Shown here piece after piece: positions 1-9,534 of a stretch of 64,000 bases of DNA; the stretch's first letter is position 1; every line of letters begins with the position of its first letter. The stretch lies in the NCBI GenBank assembly GCA_023954375.1, contig JAMLIC010000006.1:18972-82971 (forward strand), in the 5' to 3' direction. The DNA is from Planctomycetota bacterium. GTDB taxonomy: Bacteria > Planctomycetota > J058. Below the pieces are notes generated by a model. It had not been told where the DNA came from. It searched no databases and saw nothing but the letters and a program-made list of their open reading frames with translations. The position numbers and the translations under genes are program-made.

Positions 1-378
1 GTCCCGCACCAGCTCTCCGCGGGCGAGCGGCGCGCCGTGGCCCTGGCGGCCGTCCTCGCCATGCGGCCCGACCTGGTGCTCCTCGACGAGCCCACGAGCG
101 ACCTCGACCCGCGCGGGCGGCGCGCGCTGCTGGCGCTCCTGCGCGGGCTCGGCCGCCCCCTGCTCGTGGCCAGCCACGACCTCGAGCTGGTGCTGGCCCT
201 GTGCACGCGCGTGCTGGTGCTCGACGGCGGGCGGCTGGTCGCCGACGGCGAGCCCGCGCGCGTCCTCGGCGACGAGCCCCTGATGCTCGCGCACGGGCTC
301 GAGCGGCCGCACTCCCTCGCCCCGCACGCGCCGCCGGGCGATCACCGCCACCTGGGCGGCGCGCCGCTGCAGCCCTGA
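1..378 (+). CDS. ABC transporter ATP-binding protein, C-terminal part (5' end lies outside the window)
   Basis: Frame 1 reads ...LSAGERRAVALAAVLAMRPDLVLLDEPTSDLD...SHDLEL: ABC signature-like LSGGE motif, Walker B LLLDEPT, D-loop and H-loop (SHD). Stop at 376-378. No start codon within the window. Confidence 0.8.
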   Translation, partial: VPHQLSAGERRAVALAAVLAMRPDLVLLDEPTSDLDPRGRRALLALLRGLGRPLLVASHDLELVLALCTRVLVLDGGRLVADGEPARVLGDEPLMLAHGLERPHSLAPHAPPGDHRHLGGAPLQP

Positions 379-381
379 CGA

Positions 382-2334
382 TCAGGGCAGGTCGCGCTCG
401 TAGCGGCGCAGGACCGCGCCGTCGTCGAGGACCACCAGGCCGCGGCCGTCGGGGGTGACGTCGAGCGCCTCGATGACGACCCCCTCGAGCGAGAGCGGGG
501 GGCAGGCCTCGGCGAGGTCGCGCGGGTCGAGCGTGAGCACGACCCCGCCGCGGGACGCGACGAGCACCGCCCCGTCGTCCGCGGCGCGCAGGCTCCAGCC
601 GTCGCCGAGCGGGCGGGCCCCGAGCGCGAGGCCATCCAGGCCCCACAGGCGCAGGGCGCCGTCGGCGCCGAGGCTCGCGAAGCGCCCGCGGCCCGCGGGC
701 AGGAGGCGGCGCACGCCCTCGTGCGCGCGCCCGACGCGGTGGCGCCGGCTCCCCGGCTCGAAGAGGACGAGTCGGTCATCGGGGCCGTCCAGGACGGTCC
801 ACGGCTGCCCCTCGACCGTACGCGCGACCGTCATGGCGCTCCGCCCGGGCAGCGGCCCGCCGCCCTGGGCGAGGCGCAGGCCCGTCACCAGGTGGAGCTC
901 GCCCCGGTTCGGGGGGGCGGCGAGGTCCCACAGGGCCAGCGTGCCGACCGCGTCAGCGGTGATGATCCTCGACCCGTCGAGGGGATGGGCCGAGTGGATG
1001 CGGGTCGGATGGTCCGCGTTGCGGCGCGGCGGGCGCGAGAGGTCGTCGAGCGACCAGACGGTCAGCTCGTCATCGACCGCCGCGAACAGGTGACGACCAT
1101 CCGCGCTGCGTCCGAGGGCGTGGAGGGCGCCGCCGGGCAGCACGTCGAGGACCGCGAGCGCGTCATCGAGGCGCTCGATGCCGGCCCCTCGCGACACCCA
1201 CACGGTCCCGTCGTCCTCGGCGCGGACCTCCCGCAGGGTCGACAGGCCGGGCGGCGCGCCGGCGAGGGGCCGCTCGGCCACCAGCCGCCAGCCGGGGGCG
1301 CGCGTGGGCGGCGGCTCGGCCGGGGCCGGCTCGACCCGGGTCGGCGCCGCGTCCTGGGTCGGCTCGACGGGCGCCGGCGCGGCGACGTCGGGACCGGTCG
1401 CGGCGGGGCGCCCGCGACGGGCCGCGGCGACGAGCGCCCCGGCCACGCCGGCCGCGAGGACCAGCCCGAGCGCCGCGAGCAGGGGACCGCGCCCGCGGCG
1501 GCGCCGCCTCCGCTCGGGCCGACCGCGCCGCTGGCGCTCGAGCGCCGCCCGGAGGGCGTCGAGGGTGGGCCGCTCCTCGGGGCGCTTCGCCAGGCACGCC
1601 AGGACCAGCCCCTCGAGCCCGGGAGGCACCCCGGGCCGCAGCGACGAGGGCGGCGCCGGCGCGCGCTGCGCGGTGGCGACGACCACCTCGACGAAGCCCT
1701 CCCCCGTGATCGGCGGCTCCCCGGTCAGGGCGGCGTAGAGCGTCGCCCCCAGGCCGTAGACGTCGGTCGCCGGCGTGGTCTCCGCGCCGCGGGCCTGCTC
1801 CGGCGCCAGGAAGCCCGGGGTGCCGAGGACCATCCCCGTCATCGAGAGGCGCGACGCCTCGGCGACCTCGGCGTCCTTGACCAGCCCGAAGTCGGTGAGC
1901 AGGTAGCGACCGTCGCCGCCGCAGAGGACGTTGGCGGGCTTGAGGTCCCGGTGGAGCGCGCCCGCCGCGTGGACCGCCGCGAGCGCCTCGACCAGCTGCA
2001 GGCCGAGGTCGACGACCGCCGCCCACGGCAGGGGCCCCTCGCGCGCCAGGCGCTCGTCGAGCGAGCCCGCCGCCACGAGGGGCAGGGCCAGCCACGGCCG
2101 CCCCTCCACGTCGCCCGCGTCGAGGAGCCCGACCACGCCCGGATGCCGCAGGCGACGGAGCAGGCCCACCTCGCGCTCGAACCGCTGCCGACGGCGCGGG
2201 TCGCTGGTGACCTGGAGCACCTTCAGCGCCACGCGCTCGCCCGCGGGCCCGACCGCCGCGTGGACGTGGGCGAAGGCGCCGCGCCCGAGGCTCCCAGTGA
2301 GCGTGTAGGGCCCGATCGTCAGGCGCGGCGGCAT
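382..2334 (-). CDS. Serine/threonine protein kinase with transmembrane segment and C-terminal WD40-like repeat region
   Basis: 650-aa ORF. Hanks kinase motifs: GxGxxG-like GRGAFAHV, VALK, HRDLKPANVL, DFGL, APE. Hydrophobic helix PLLAALGLVLAAGVAGALVAAA. C-terminal repeats ending in WD/LW (LALWDLAAPP, LRLWGLDGL). Convergent with the ABC gene, 3-nt gap. Confidence 0.85.
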   Translation of the reverse strand: MPPRLTIGPYTLTGSLGRGAFAHVHAAVGPAGERVALKVLQVTSDPRRRQRFEREVGLLRRLRHPGVVGLLDAGDVEGRPWLALPLVAAGSLDERLAREGPLPWAAVVDLGLQLVEALAAVHAAGALHRDLKPANVLCGGDGRYLLTDFGLVKDAEVAEASRLSMTGMVLGTPGFLAPEQARGAETTPATDVYGLGATLYAALTGEPPITGEGFVEVVVATAQRAPAPPSSLRPGVPPGLEGLVLACLAKRPEERPTLDALRAALERQRRGRPERRRRRRGRGPLLAALGLVLAAGVAGALVAAARRGRPAATGPDVAAPAPVEPTQDAAPTRVEPAPAEPPPTRAPGWRLVAERPLAGAPPGLSTLREVRAEDDGTVWVSRGAGIERLDDALAVLDVLPGGALHALGRSADGRHLFAAVDDELTVWSLDDLSRPPRRNADHPTRIHSAHPLDGSRIITADAVGTLALWDLAAPPNRGELHLVTGLRLAQGGGPLPGRSAMTVARTVEGQPWTVLDGPDDRLVLFEPGSRRHRVGRAHEGVRRLLPAGRGRFASLGADGALRLWGLDGLALGARPLGDGWSLRAADDGAVLVASRGGVVLTLDPRDLAEACPPLSLEGVVIEALDVTPDGRGLVVLDDGAVLRRYERDLP

Positions 2335-2380
2335 CAGCCCGAGTATCGACGGCGCCGACGCCCCCGTTCAAGCGGTCGCG

Positions 2381-2638
2381 TCACCCCCGCGCGGCGCGGA
2401 GCGCGGCGAACGGGTCGGGGAGCCGCGGGCGCCGCGGCGCCTCGGGACGGGTGCGGCCGAGGATCGCCTCGCACTCGTCGACGAGGGTGAGCACGTCGTT
2501 CATGAGGCCGACGCGCTGCGCGTCGGTCATGGCGTTGACCCGCTCGCCCACGTCGCGCTCGCCCAGCTGCTCGCGCAGGCGCAGCGTCGTCGCCCGCAGC
2601 TCCTCGAGGGCGCGGGGGCTCAGCGTGAACCACTGCAT
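2381..2638 (-). CDS. hypothetical small alpha-helical protein (85 aa)
   Basis: ORF lies between two co-directional genes (197-aa ORF upstream, kinase downstream) with short gaps. Non-repetitive composition. No recognisable motif. Confidence 0.4.
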   Translation of the reverse strand: MQWFTLSPRALEELRATTLRLREQLGERDVGERVNAMTDAQRVGLMNDVLTLVDECEAILGRTRPEAPRRPRLPDPFAALRAARG

Positions 2639-2695
2639 GACCCGACCTCCTCCCGAACAGGGGACGCGGATCGTAGCGGGCCGCGAGCGGGTCGC

Positions 2696-3289
2696 CTACC
2701 CAGGACGCAGCAGCGGGAAGCGGGCCAGGTCGTCGCGCGTCCACACCGACAGCCCGGCGCGGCCGTCGATCATCTCGATCGCCACGACGCGGTCGGGGTC
2801 GTCGTAGCGGATGCTGGCCGGGGCGCCGCGCGCCGCGGCGGCCTCGAGCAGGGCCTGCCCGAGGAGGCGCTCGCGCGTCAGGCGCTCGAAGTCGCGCTTG
2901 AACCCGCGGCGGTGGATCCGCACGAAGAACGCCTGGCCGAGCAGCGCGTCGAGGTGGGCGAGGGCCGCCTCGCGCGCCCGCTCGTCGAACCCCGCCGGGT
3001 CCTGGAAGGCGAACGTCTCCTCGCAGGGGCCGACGCGCACGAGGAGGTCGGCGCGGGCCGGGTCGCGCTCGAGCTCGGCGGCGAGCGCCTCGAGGAAGGC
3101 GCGCGGCGGGTCGGCCGTGCGCAGCGCCAGCACGTTGAGGTAGGCCGTGCGCTGCACGGCGCCGAACGCCTGCAGGAAGCGCCGCGCCTCGCCGAAGCAG
3201 CGCTCGCCCGGGATCGCCACCGTGTTCCAGTCCACGCCCCGACCGTAGCACGAGTCACGGTCGCGTGAACGCGCCTGCCCGCCCGTCAC
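2696..3289 (-). CDS. hypothetical protein (start uncertain: GTG at 3289 or GTG at 3235)
   Basis: 197-aa ORF with balanced, non-low-complexity composition (…FFVRIHRRGFKRDFERLTRERL…). Co-directional with the small ORF and the kinase. No family recognised. Confidence 0.4.
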   Translation of the reverse strand: MTGGQARSRDRDSCYGRGVDWNTVAIPGERCFGEARRFLQAFGAVQRTAYLNVLALRTADPPRAFLEALAAELERDPARADLLVRVGPCEETFAFQDPAGFDERAREAALAHLDALLGQAFFVRIHRRGFKRDFERLTRERLLGQALLEAAAARGAPASIRYDDPDRVVAIEMIDGRAGLSVWTRDDLARFPLLRPG

Positions 3290-3385
3290 GGGCCGCGGAC
3301 GGCGGCCCCCCGAACCCTCGATCGGGCCGGGCCTCGCGGCCGGGCCCTTCGCTTGCGACGGTGGGCCGCAGAGGGAGGAGTCCCG

Positions 3386-4032
3386 TGAAGACGACGTGTC
3401 AGGAAGTCCCGGCCAAGGCCGCCGAGCTGCGGGTCGCGGTCGGCCCGGCCTTGCTGCCCGCGACGCTCCTCGCGCCGCGGCGGGCCCGCGGCCTCGTCCT
3501 GCTCGTCCAGGCAGAGGGCGGGCGCGGCCCGGCGCACGGCACGGCCGACCTCGCGTCCGCCCTGGCTGCCGACGGCTGGGGGATGCTCGCGATCGACCTC
3601 CTCACCCCGGCCGAGCGCGCGGCGCGCGCCGACGTGGCGCTGCTCGCCGCGCGGCTGGGGCAGGTGACCGCGTGGGTCGACCGGCAGGAGGAGATCGCCG
3701 GCGCGCCCGTCGTGTACGTCGGGGTCGGCCCGGCGGCGGCCGCCGCGCTCGTCGCCGCCGCCTTCCTGGGCGAGCGCGTGCGCGCGGTGATCACGCTCGA
3801 CGGCCGGCCCGACCTGGCGGGGCCGTTCCTCGGCCACGTGCGCGCCCCCACCCTGCTCCTCGTCGGGTCGGGCGCCGACGCGACGACGCGCCAGCTCCAC
3901 CGCCAGGCGGTGACCCTCCTGGGCGGACGGGTCGAGCTCGTGGCCCTCCCGGAGGTCGCGCCGGCGCAGGAGGTGGTCCGGAGGGCGACCGGGTGGCTGC
4001 GGGAGGTTCAAGTCACGGGCTCCCAAGCCTGA
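3386..4032 (+). CDS. alpha/beta hydrolase, dienelactone-hydrolase-like
   Basis: GTG start at 3386 preceded by GGAGG (3375-3381). The product has alpha/beta-fold hydrolase-like features (…VVYVGVGPAAAAALVAAAF…LLLVGSGAD…). The six-frame ORF extends upstream to 3265 but has no SD there. Confidence 0.55.
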
Positions 4033-4239
4033 CCGTTATTGGACATCCGGAGACCGTGTCCGAACTGCGACAGTCCTTTCGCCGAAAGCAGGAGAGGTGC
4101 CGCGCAGAATGCCATAAGTCATTAAATGACAACTGCATCTTGCGACGCAGTGTTCACAGGACGGTGACAATCCGTGGCGGTCGTGAGGCGATCCTCGTGA
4201 TGTCGGGAGCCCTCAGCCTTAGCCCAAGGAGACGGCCTC

Positions 4240-5157
4240 GTGAGCGCAGCCTCGCTTCGTCGCGCCTCGCTGCTCGCCCCCGCGCTGGTCCTGGCCCTGA
4301 CGGGCCTGGCCCAGGCGCAGACCTTCGCGGTGGAGGTCACGGCGGACGTCCTCAACGTCCGGGCGGCCGCCATGGGGACGGTCCTCGGGCAGGTCCGCCG
4401 CGGCGACCGGTTCGCCGCGAACACGCAGCAGAACGGTTGGCTGCGGATCGACTGGCAGGGCCGGTCGGCGTGGATCTCCGGGTCCTACGCGCGCCGGATC
4501 TCCGCCGACATGGTCCAGACCACCGCGAACGTGAACGTCCGCGCCGGGGCGAGCACCTCGCACCAGGTCCTCGGCGTGGCGGCCCGCGGCCAGACCTATG
4601 TCAAGGTCGGCGGGACGAGCGGCTGGCACCAGATCCAGTTCGACGCCCGGCGCGGCTACTGCGTCGACTGGGCGACGACCTCCCGCAGCGGCGCCTCGAC
4701 GACCTCGTCGCCGCCCGCGACCACCTCGACGCGCACGACGACCGCGACCCCGACCTCCGGCCGGCGCTACAACGCGACCGCCGCGGAGATCGAGATCATG
4801 GCGCGGATCATCAAGGGCGAGGCGCTCCAGTGCTCGTTCGAGGGCAAGGTCGCCGTCGGCGCCGTGATCCTCAACCGCGTGCGCGACCGCCGCTGGCCCA
4901 ACACGATCCGCGGCGTGGCCCACCAGCCCTACCAGTTCTCCTGCTACAACGCGAACGTGCGCAACCGCCTCTACTGGGGCCCGGTCCCGCAGTCGTGCTT
5001 CGACGCGGCGCGCGCGGCCCTCGCCGGGCAGGACCCGTCGCTCGGCGCGACGCACTACTTCAACCCCTACCTCGTGCGGCCGAGCTGGGCGCGGTCGCTC
5101 CGCTTCATCAAGCGGATCGGCACGAACCGCACCAACACGCACGACTTCTACCGCTAG
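4240..5157 (+). CDS. secreted cell-wall hydrolase: signal peptide + two SH3b-like domains + Thr/Ser-rich linker + SleB/Hydrolase_2 domain
   Basis: GTG start with AAGGAG 7 nt upstream. N-terminal signal peptide (LLAPALVLALTGLAQAQT). Two repeats of the VNVRAG…GW…I bacterial SH3 type. TTSTRTTTATPTS linker. C-terminal ARIIKGEALQCSFEGKVAVGAVILNRV…QPYQFSCY, typical of SleB/CwlJ-type hydrolases. Confidence 0.8.
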   Translation: MSAASLRRASLLAPALVLALTGLAQAQTFAVEVTADVLNVRAAAMGTVLGQVRRGDRFAANTQQNGWLRIDWQGRSAWISGSYARRISADMVQTTANVNVRAGASTSHQVLGVAARGQTYVKVGGTSGWHQIQFDARRGYCVDWATTSRSGASTTSSPPATTSTRTTTATPTSGRRYNATAAEIEIMARIIKGEALQCSFEGKVAVGAVILNRVRDRRWPNTIRGVAHQPYQFSCYNANVRNRLYWGPVPQSCFDAARAALAGQDPSLGATHYFNPYLVRPSWARSLRFIKRIGTNRTNTHDFYR

Positions 5158-5292
5158 CCTCGCCCGGGGTCACGCGCGCCCGGGGATGGGCGCGCCGGTC
5201 CCGGCCGGAGCGCCGCCTCGCGGCCCTCGCGCGTCTCCCCCTCCCGCTCGGCCGCGGCGCCGCGCTTGCTCCTTCGCCGAGCGGAGGAGCCA

Positions 5293-6203
5293 TGGTCGCG
5301 GTCGCCATCACCCGGGACGAGGCGTCGATCGAGCGCGCCATCGAGGAGGCGCTCGGCCACGTCCCGCTGGCCGAGGTCGTCCGGGGCAAGCGGGTCGCCG
5401 TCAAGCCGAACGAGACCTACGCCGACGAGCACGACGCGAGCGGCGTCACGCAGCCGGACACGCTGCGGGCGGTCCTCCGGGCCGTGAAGCGCCACGCCCC
5501 GCGGGAGCTCGTCGTGACCGGCGGCTCCGGCGCCGCGCCCACGACCAAGGTGCTCCGCGCGGCCGGGCTCGACCGGGTCCTCGATGACGAGGGGGTCGAG
5601 CTCGTCGACCACAACCAGCCGCCCTTCGTCGAGGTGTCGCTGGAGTACGGCCCCGACCCCGAGGTCCACGGCCCGCAGCGGCGAGTGATGATCAACCCGC
5701 GGGTGCTCGAGTACGAGGCGCTGATCGTCGTCAGCCAGCTCAAGCTGCACGAGACGGCGACCGTCACCCTGGCGCTCAAGAACGTCGCCATGTCGTTCCC
5801 GGCGGCCGGCTTCTACGGCTACCCGCGCTCGACGAAGGAGCACGACAACAGCTTCTTCGACGACATGCACTCGTTCATCGCGGCCATGCATCGGCGGTTC
5901 CCGATCCACCTCGCGGTCACGGTCGGGCACCCGGCCATGCTCGCCACGGGCCCGCTCGGCGGCCACACGGTCGAGACCGGCCTCGTGATCGCCAGCACCG
6001 ACGCGCTCGCGGCCGACGTCGTCGGGGCGCGGCTCCTGGGCTTCGAGGTCCAGGCGGTGCGGCACCTGTGGGAAGCCCAGAAGCTCGGCCTGGGCGAGAC
6101 CGACACCGACCGCATGGAGTTCCCGGCCATGGGCCTGAAGGATGCGATCAAGGCGTTCACCCGCGCGGCCTACGGGGTGGAGCTCACGTTCGAGCACGAG
6201 TGA
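5293..6203 (+). CDS. DUF362 domain-containing protein
   Basis: ATG at 5293 with GGAGGAG SD; 303 aa. RVAVKPNETY… and the overall pattern resemble DUF362 proteins. The remainder of the long six-frame ORF 3396..6203 upstream is Arg/Gly/Pro garbage overlapping other genes. Confidence 0.6.
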
Positions 6204-7349
6204 TCAGCGCACCCCCACCTCGCCGGCCACCGGCGGCAGGACCATGAGCGCCGTGCCGACCGCCGCGCCCTGGTCGTCGCCCTCGTCGCCGTTCAGGACG
6301 CGCCCGCCGGCCCAGAAGGTGGACGACGGCCCGCCGTCGAGGTTCACGGCGTCCGTGCAGCCGAGCGCCGCCAGGGCCCGGGCGAGGTCGACGAGCGACA
6401 GCCCGTGCCGCGGGAGCTGGTAGGTCGTGGCCAGGACGACGTGCGTGGGCGTGAGGCCGACGGCCGTGCGCGCCACGCGCGCCGTCCACCCGGTCGACTC
6501 GGGCGCCCCGAGGACGGCGGCCACCTCGCCCGCCTCGAGGAGCCGCGGGCCGGTGCCGAGGGCGAGCCACACCCGGTCGGCGTCGGCGCCGGTGCGCTGG
6601 AGGGTCAGCGTGGCGCCCGCGGGCGCGTCGTCGAGGAGGGCCGCGTCGAGCCCGCCGCGCCGCAGGAGCGCGGGCCCGCGGAGGTCGGTCGCGGGCGGGC
6701 CGGCGACCCGGAAGGCGGCCGGGCCCGTCCGCTCGAGCGGCAGGGCGGCGAACCCGTCGGCGCGCCAGGCGCCGACGGGCGGCCGCGTGATCAGCAGGTC
6801 GTCGCCAGTCTCCACGTCGACCTGCACCGGCAGCGTCCTCCCCGAGGGCAGGCGCAACGCCGCGCCGAGGTCGAAGCGGCCGATCCTGGGCGCGCCGTCG
6901 CGGTCGAGCCACAGGGCGCACGCGTAGCTGAAGGGCGCCCCGACCACGCGCGGCTCACCACCGTCGACGAGCGTGGAGAAGGGCGCCCCGAGGCAGAACG
7001 AGCCCGTGAGCCGGTGGTAGTCGCCGTTGATCGCCACGAGCGCGCCGGCGCGGCGCGCGGCGGGCCCGACGAGGTCGAGGTCGGCGCGGTCGGACGAGAG
7101 CAGGACGGCGCGCAGGCGCAGGCCCGCGCCGCGCGGCACGCGCGCCACGAGGAGCGTCACCGGCGGGGCGAGCGTGCTCACGCGCTCCACCACGACCCCG
7201 TGCGCGAGCTCCCACCGGCCCTCGAAGGGCGTGCGCCCGAGGACGGGCTCGAGGCGCTCCCACAGGGCGTAGCCGGCGACGCCGGCGAGCGCGGCGAGGA
7301 GGACCGCCAGGCGCGCCCGGCGTGTGCGCTCGAGGAGCGACGAGGTCAC
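6204..7349 (-). CDS. phosphodiester glycosidase family protein (DUF2233/NAGPA-like), N-terminal membrane anchor
   Basis: GTG start at 7349 overlaps the TGA stop of the upstream helicase gene (GTGA, translational coupling). N-terminal hydrophobic segment. C-terminal CTDAVNLDGGPSSTFW, characteristic of DUF2233 phosphodiester glycosidases. Confidence 0.6.
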   Translation of the reverse strand: MTSSLLERTRRARLAVLLAALAGVAGYALWERLEPVLGRTPFEGRWELAHGVVVERVSTLAPPVTLLVARVPRGAGLRLRAVLLSSDRADLDLVGPAARRAGALVAINGDYHRLTGSFCLGAPFSTLVDGGEPRVVGAPFSYACALWLDRDGAPRIGRFDLGAALRLPSGRTLPVQVDVETGDDLLITRPPVGAWRADGFAALPLERTGPAAFRVAGPPATDLRGPALLRRGGLDAALLDDAPAGATLTLQRTGADADRVWLALGTGPRLLEAGEVAAVLGAPESTGWTARVARTAVGLTPTHVVLATTYQLPRHGLSLVDLARALAALGCTDAVNLDGGPSSTFWAGGRVLNGDEGDDQGAAVGTALMVLPPVAGEVGVR

Positions 7350-9523
7350 GGCGCCGCCAGGGCGGCCTCGATGCGCGCCGCGAGGTGGCTGACGCGCTGC
7401 CGCGGCCGGTCGTTCTGCACGGCCATCTCCAGCGCGCGCCGCTGCCCGACGAGGATCGCCAGGCGCCGGGCGCGCGTGAGCGCGGTGTAGATCAGGTTGC
7501 GCTCGAGCATGACGAAGTGCTCGGTGAGCACGGGCACGACGACGGCCGGGTACTCCGACCCCTGCGCCTTGTGGATCGTGGCGCAGTAGGAGAGCGCCAG
7601 CCGCGCCGCCTCGCCGCGGGTGTAGCGCACCTCGCGGCCGTCGAAGGCCACGATCACCTCGCCCGTCTCCTCGCGGCGGACGACGCGGCCGATGTCGCCG
7701 TTGAACACGTCGTGCTCGTAGTCGTTGCGCAGCTGCATGACCTTGTCGCCCGCGTCGAGGCGCCCGAGGTCGGCCGGCTCCCCCTGGCGGCCGAGGAGCG
7801 CCGCGCGCAGGGCCGCGTTGAGGGCGTCGGTGCCGCAGGCGCCGCGGCGCATGGGCGAGAGCACCTGCACGGCCTCGAACGGGTCGAGGCCGAACTTGCC
7901 CGGGATCCGCTCGGTCACGAGCTTGACGATCGCCTTCTGCGCCTCGGCCGGGTCGTCGCGGGCGACGAAGAAGAAGTCGGTCTCCTCGGCCGGGTCGTGC
8001 TCGAGCGGCGGGACCTCGCCGCGGTTGATCGCGTGCGCGGCGCCGACGATCCGCGAGCGGGCGGCCTGGCGGAAGACCTCCGTGAGCCGCACGACGCGGG
8101 CGGCGCCGCTGGCGATCAGGTCCTTGAGCACCGACCCGGGCCCGACCGACGGGAGCTGGTCGACGTCGCCGGTGAGCACGAGCGTGGCCCCCGCCGGCAG
8201 GGCGCGGACGACGGCGTGGTAGAGGCGCACGTCGACCATGGAGGCCTCGTCGATCACCAGGAGGTCGACGTCGAGCGGGTCGTCCTGCCCGTGGACGAAG
8301 CCGCCCTCCTGCGGGTCCCAGCCGAGCAGCCGGTGGAGCGTCTGCGCCCGCGCGCCCGTGGCCTCCTCCATGCGCTTGGCGGCGCGCCCGGTCGGCGCGG
8401 CCAGGGCGAGCTTGGCCCGCTTGGCCTCGAGGACGCGCACGAGGGCGCGGAGGACCGTCGTCTTGCCCACGCCCGGACCGCCCGTGATCACCACGAGCGG
8501 CGCCTCGAGGCAGGCCTGCACGGCGTCGGCCTGCGCGTCGGTCAGGGCCAGGCCGTGCTCGCGCGCCAGCCACTCGACCGCCGCGCGCACGTCGCCCACG
8601 GGCGCGCGGCGGCGCTGCGGCTGGACGAGGCGCGCCGTGCGCTGCGCCGCGCCGCGCTCGGCGCGGAGGACCTGCGGCAGGTAGACCAGTTCGTCGCCCT
8701 CGGCGCCGGGCGGCCGGTCGAGCTCCAGGTCCAGCCCCTCGCGGGCCGCCCGCAGCCCCGCCTCGAGCGCCGCCGCGTCGAAGGCGTGCAGGAGCCGCCC
8801 GGCCTCCTCGAGGAGCGCCGGCGCCGCCACGGCCACGTGCCCCTGGCCGAGCGCCTCGTTCACGACGTGCAGGAGCCCCGCGCGCACGCGGCGCGGGTCG
8901 TCGGGCTTCATCCCGATCGCCCGCGCCAGGCGGTCGGCCGTGAGGAAGCCGACGCCGTCGACCTCGCGCGCGAGCTGGAAGGGGTCCTCCTCGAGCACGC
9001 CGCGCGTCGCCGCGCCGTACTTGGCGTGGATCTTCTCGGCCAGCGCCGGCCCGATCCCGTGCCCGCGCAGGAAGAGCATCACCTCGCGCGTCGAGCGCTG
9101 GGCCGCCCAGCCCGCCTCGATCTGCTTCAGGCGCTTCTTGCCGATCCCCTTCACCTCCCGCAGCCGGGCGGGGTCGTCGTCGAGGACGCGCAGGGTCTCC
9201 GCGCCGAAGCGCTCGACGATCCGCCGCGCCGTCTCGGGCCCCACGCCGTGGAGCGCGCCCGAGCCCAGGTAGCGCTCGATCGCCGCGACCGAGTCGGGCG
9301 GCGCGACCTTCGCTTCCCGGGCGCGGAACTGCCGGCCGAAGCGGGGGTCCATGACCCACTCGCCCTTGGCCTCGAGCACCTCGCCCGGGTGGGCCACGGG
9401 CAGGGGGCCGGTGACGCTCACGACGCCCGCGTCGCTCTCGAGCATGAGCACGGCGAACCCGCCGTCCTCACGGCGGAACACCTCGCCCCGCACGGTGCCC
9501 TGGAGCACGTCGTCCTGCGTCAT
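7346..9523 (-). CDS. recD2: RecD2-like ATP-dependent DNA helicase (RecD/TraA superfamily 1)
   Basis: 726 aa from ATG at 9523 (MTQDDVLQGTVRGEVF…). Walker A GGPGVGKTT. Helix-hairpin-helix-like N-terminal region. VLTGDVDQLPSVGPG (motif III) and C-terminal SF1 motifs. The longer 803-aa ORF extension upstream is Arg/Pro-rich and is not called. Confidence 0.85.
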   Translation of the reverse strand: MTQDDVLQGTVRGEVFRREDGGFAVLMLESDAGVVSVTGPLPVAHPGEVLEAKGEWVMDPRFGRQFRAREAKVAPPDSVAAIERYLGSGALHGVGPETARRIVERFGAETLRVLDDDPARLREVKGIGKKRLKQIEAGWAAQRSTREVMLFLRGHGIGPALAEKIHAKYGAATRGVLEEDPFQLAREVDGVGFLTADRLARAIGMKPDDPRRVRAGLLHVVNEALGQGHVAVAAPALLEEAGRLLHAFDAAALEAGLRAAREGLDLELDRPPGAEGDELVYLPQVLRAERGAAQRTARLVQPQRRRAPVGDVRAAVEWLAREHGLALTDAQADAVQACLEAPLVVITGGPGVGKTTVLRALVRVLEAKRAKLALAAPTGRAAKRMEEATGARAQTLHRLLGWDPQEGGFVHGQDDPLDVDLLVIDEASMVDVRLYHAVVRALPAGATLVLTGDVDQLPSVGPGSVLKDLIASGAARVVRLTEVFRQAARSRIVGAAHAINRGEVPPLEHDPAEETDFFFVARDDPAEAQKAIVKLVTERIPGKFGLDPFEAVQVLSPMRRGACGTDALNAALRAALLGRQGEPADLGRLDAGDKVMQLRNDYEHDVFNGDIGRVVRREETGEVIVAFDGREVRYTRGEAARLALSYCATIHKAQGSEYPAVVVPVLTEHFVMLERNLIYTALTRARRLAILVGQRRALEMAVQNDRPRQRVSHLAARIEAALAAP

Positions 9524-9534
9524 CGTCGACGAGT

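Noticed and set aside
3396-6203. 935-aa plus-strand ORF
   Set aside because: Residues before ~633 are Arg/Gly/Pro-rich garbage overlapping the hydrolase and SleB genes in other frames. Only the 5293..6203 segment (ATG plus SD, DUF362-like) is credible.
6204-9359. 1051-aa minus-strand ORF apparently fusing a glycosidase with upstream sequence
   Set aside because: Only the last 381 aa (from GTG 7349) show protein-like composition and the DUF2233 motif. The upstream part is the out-of-frame shadow of the RecD2 helicase gene (7346..9523), which carries clear SF1 motifs.
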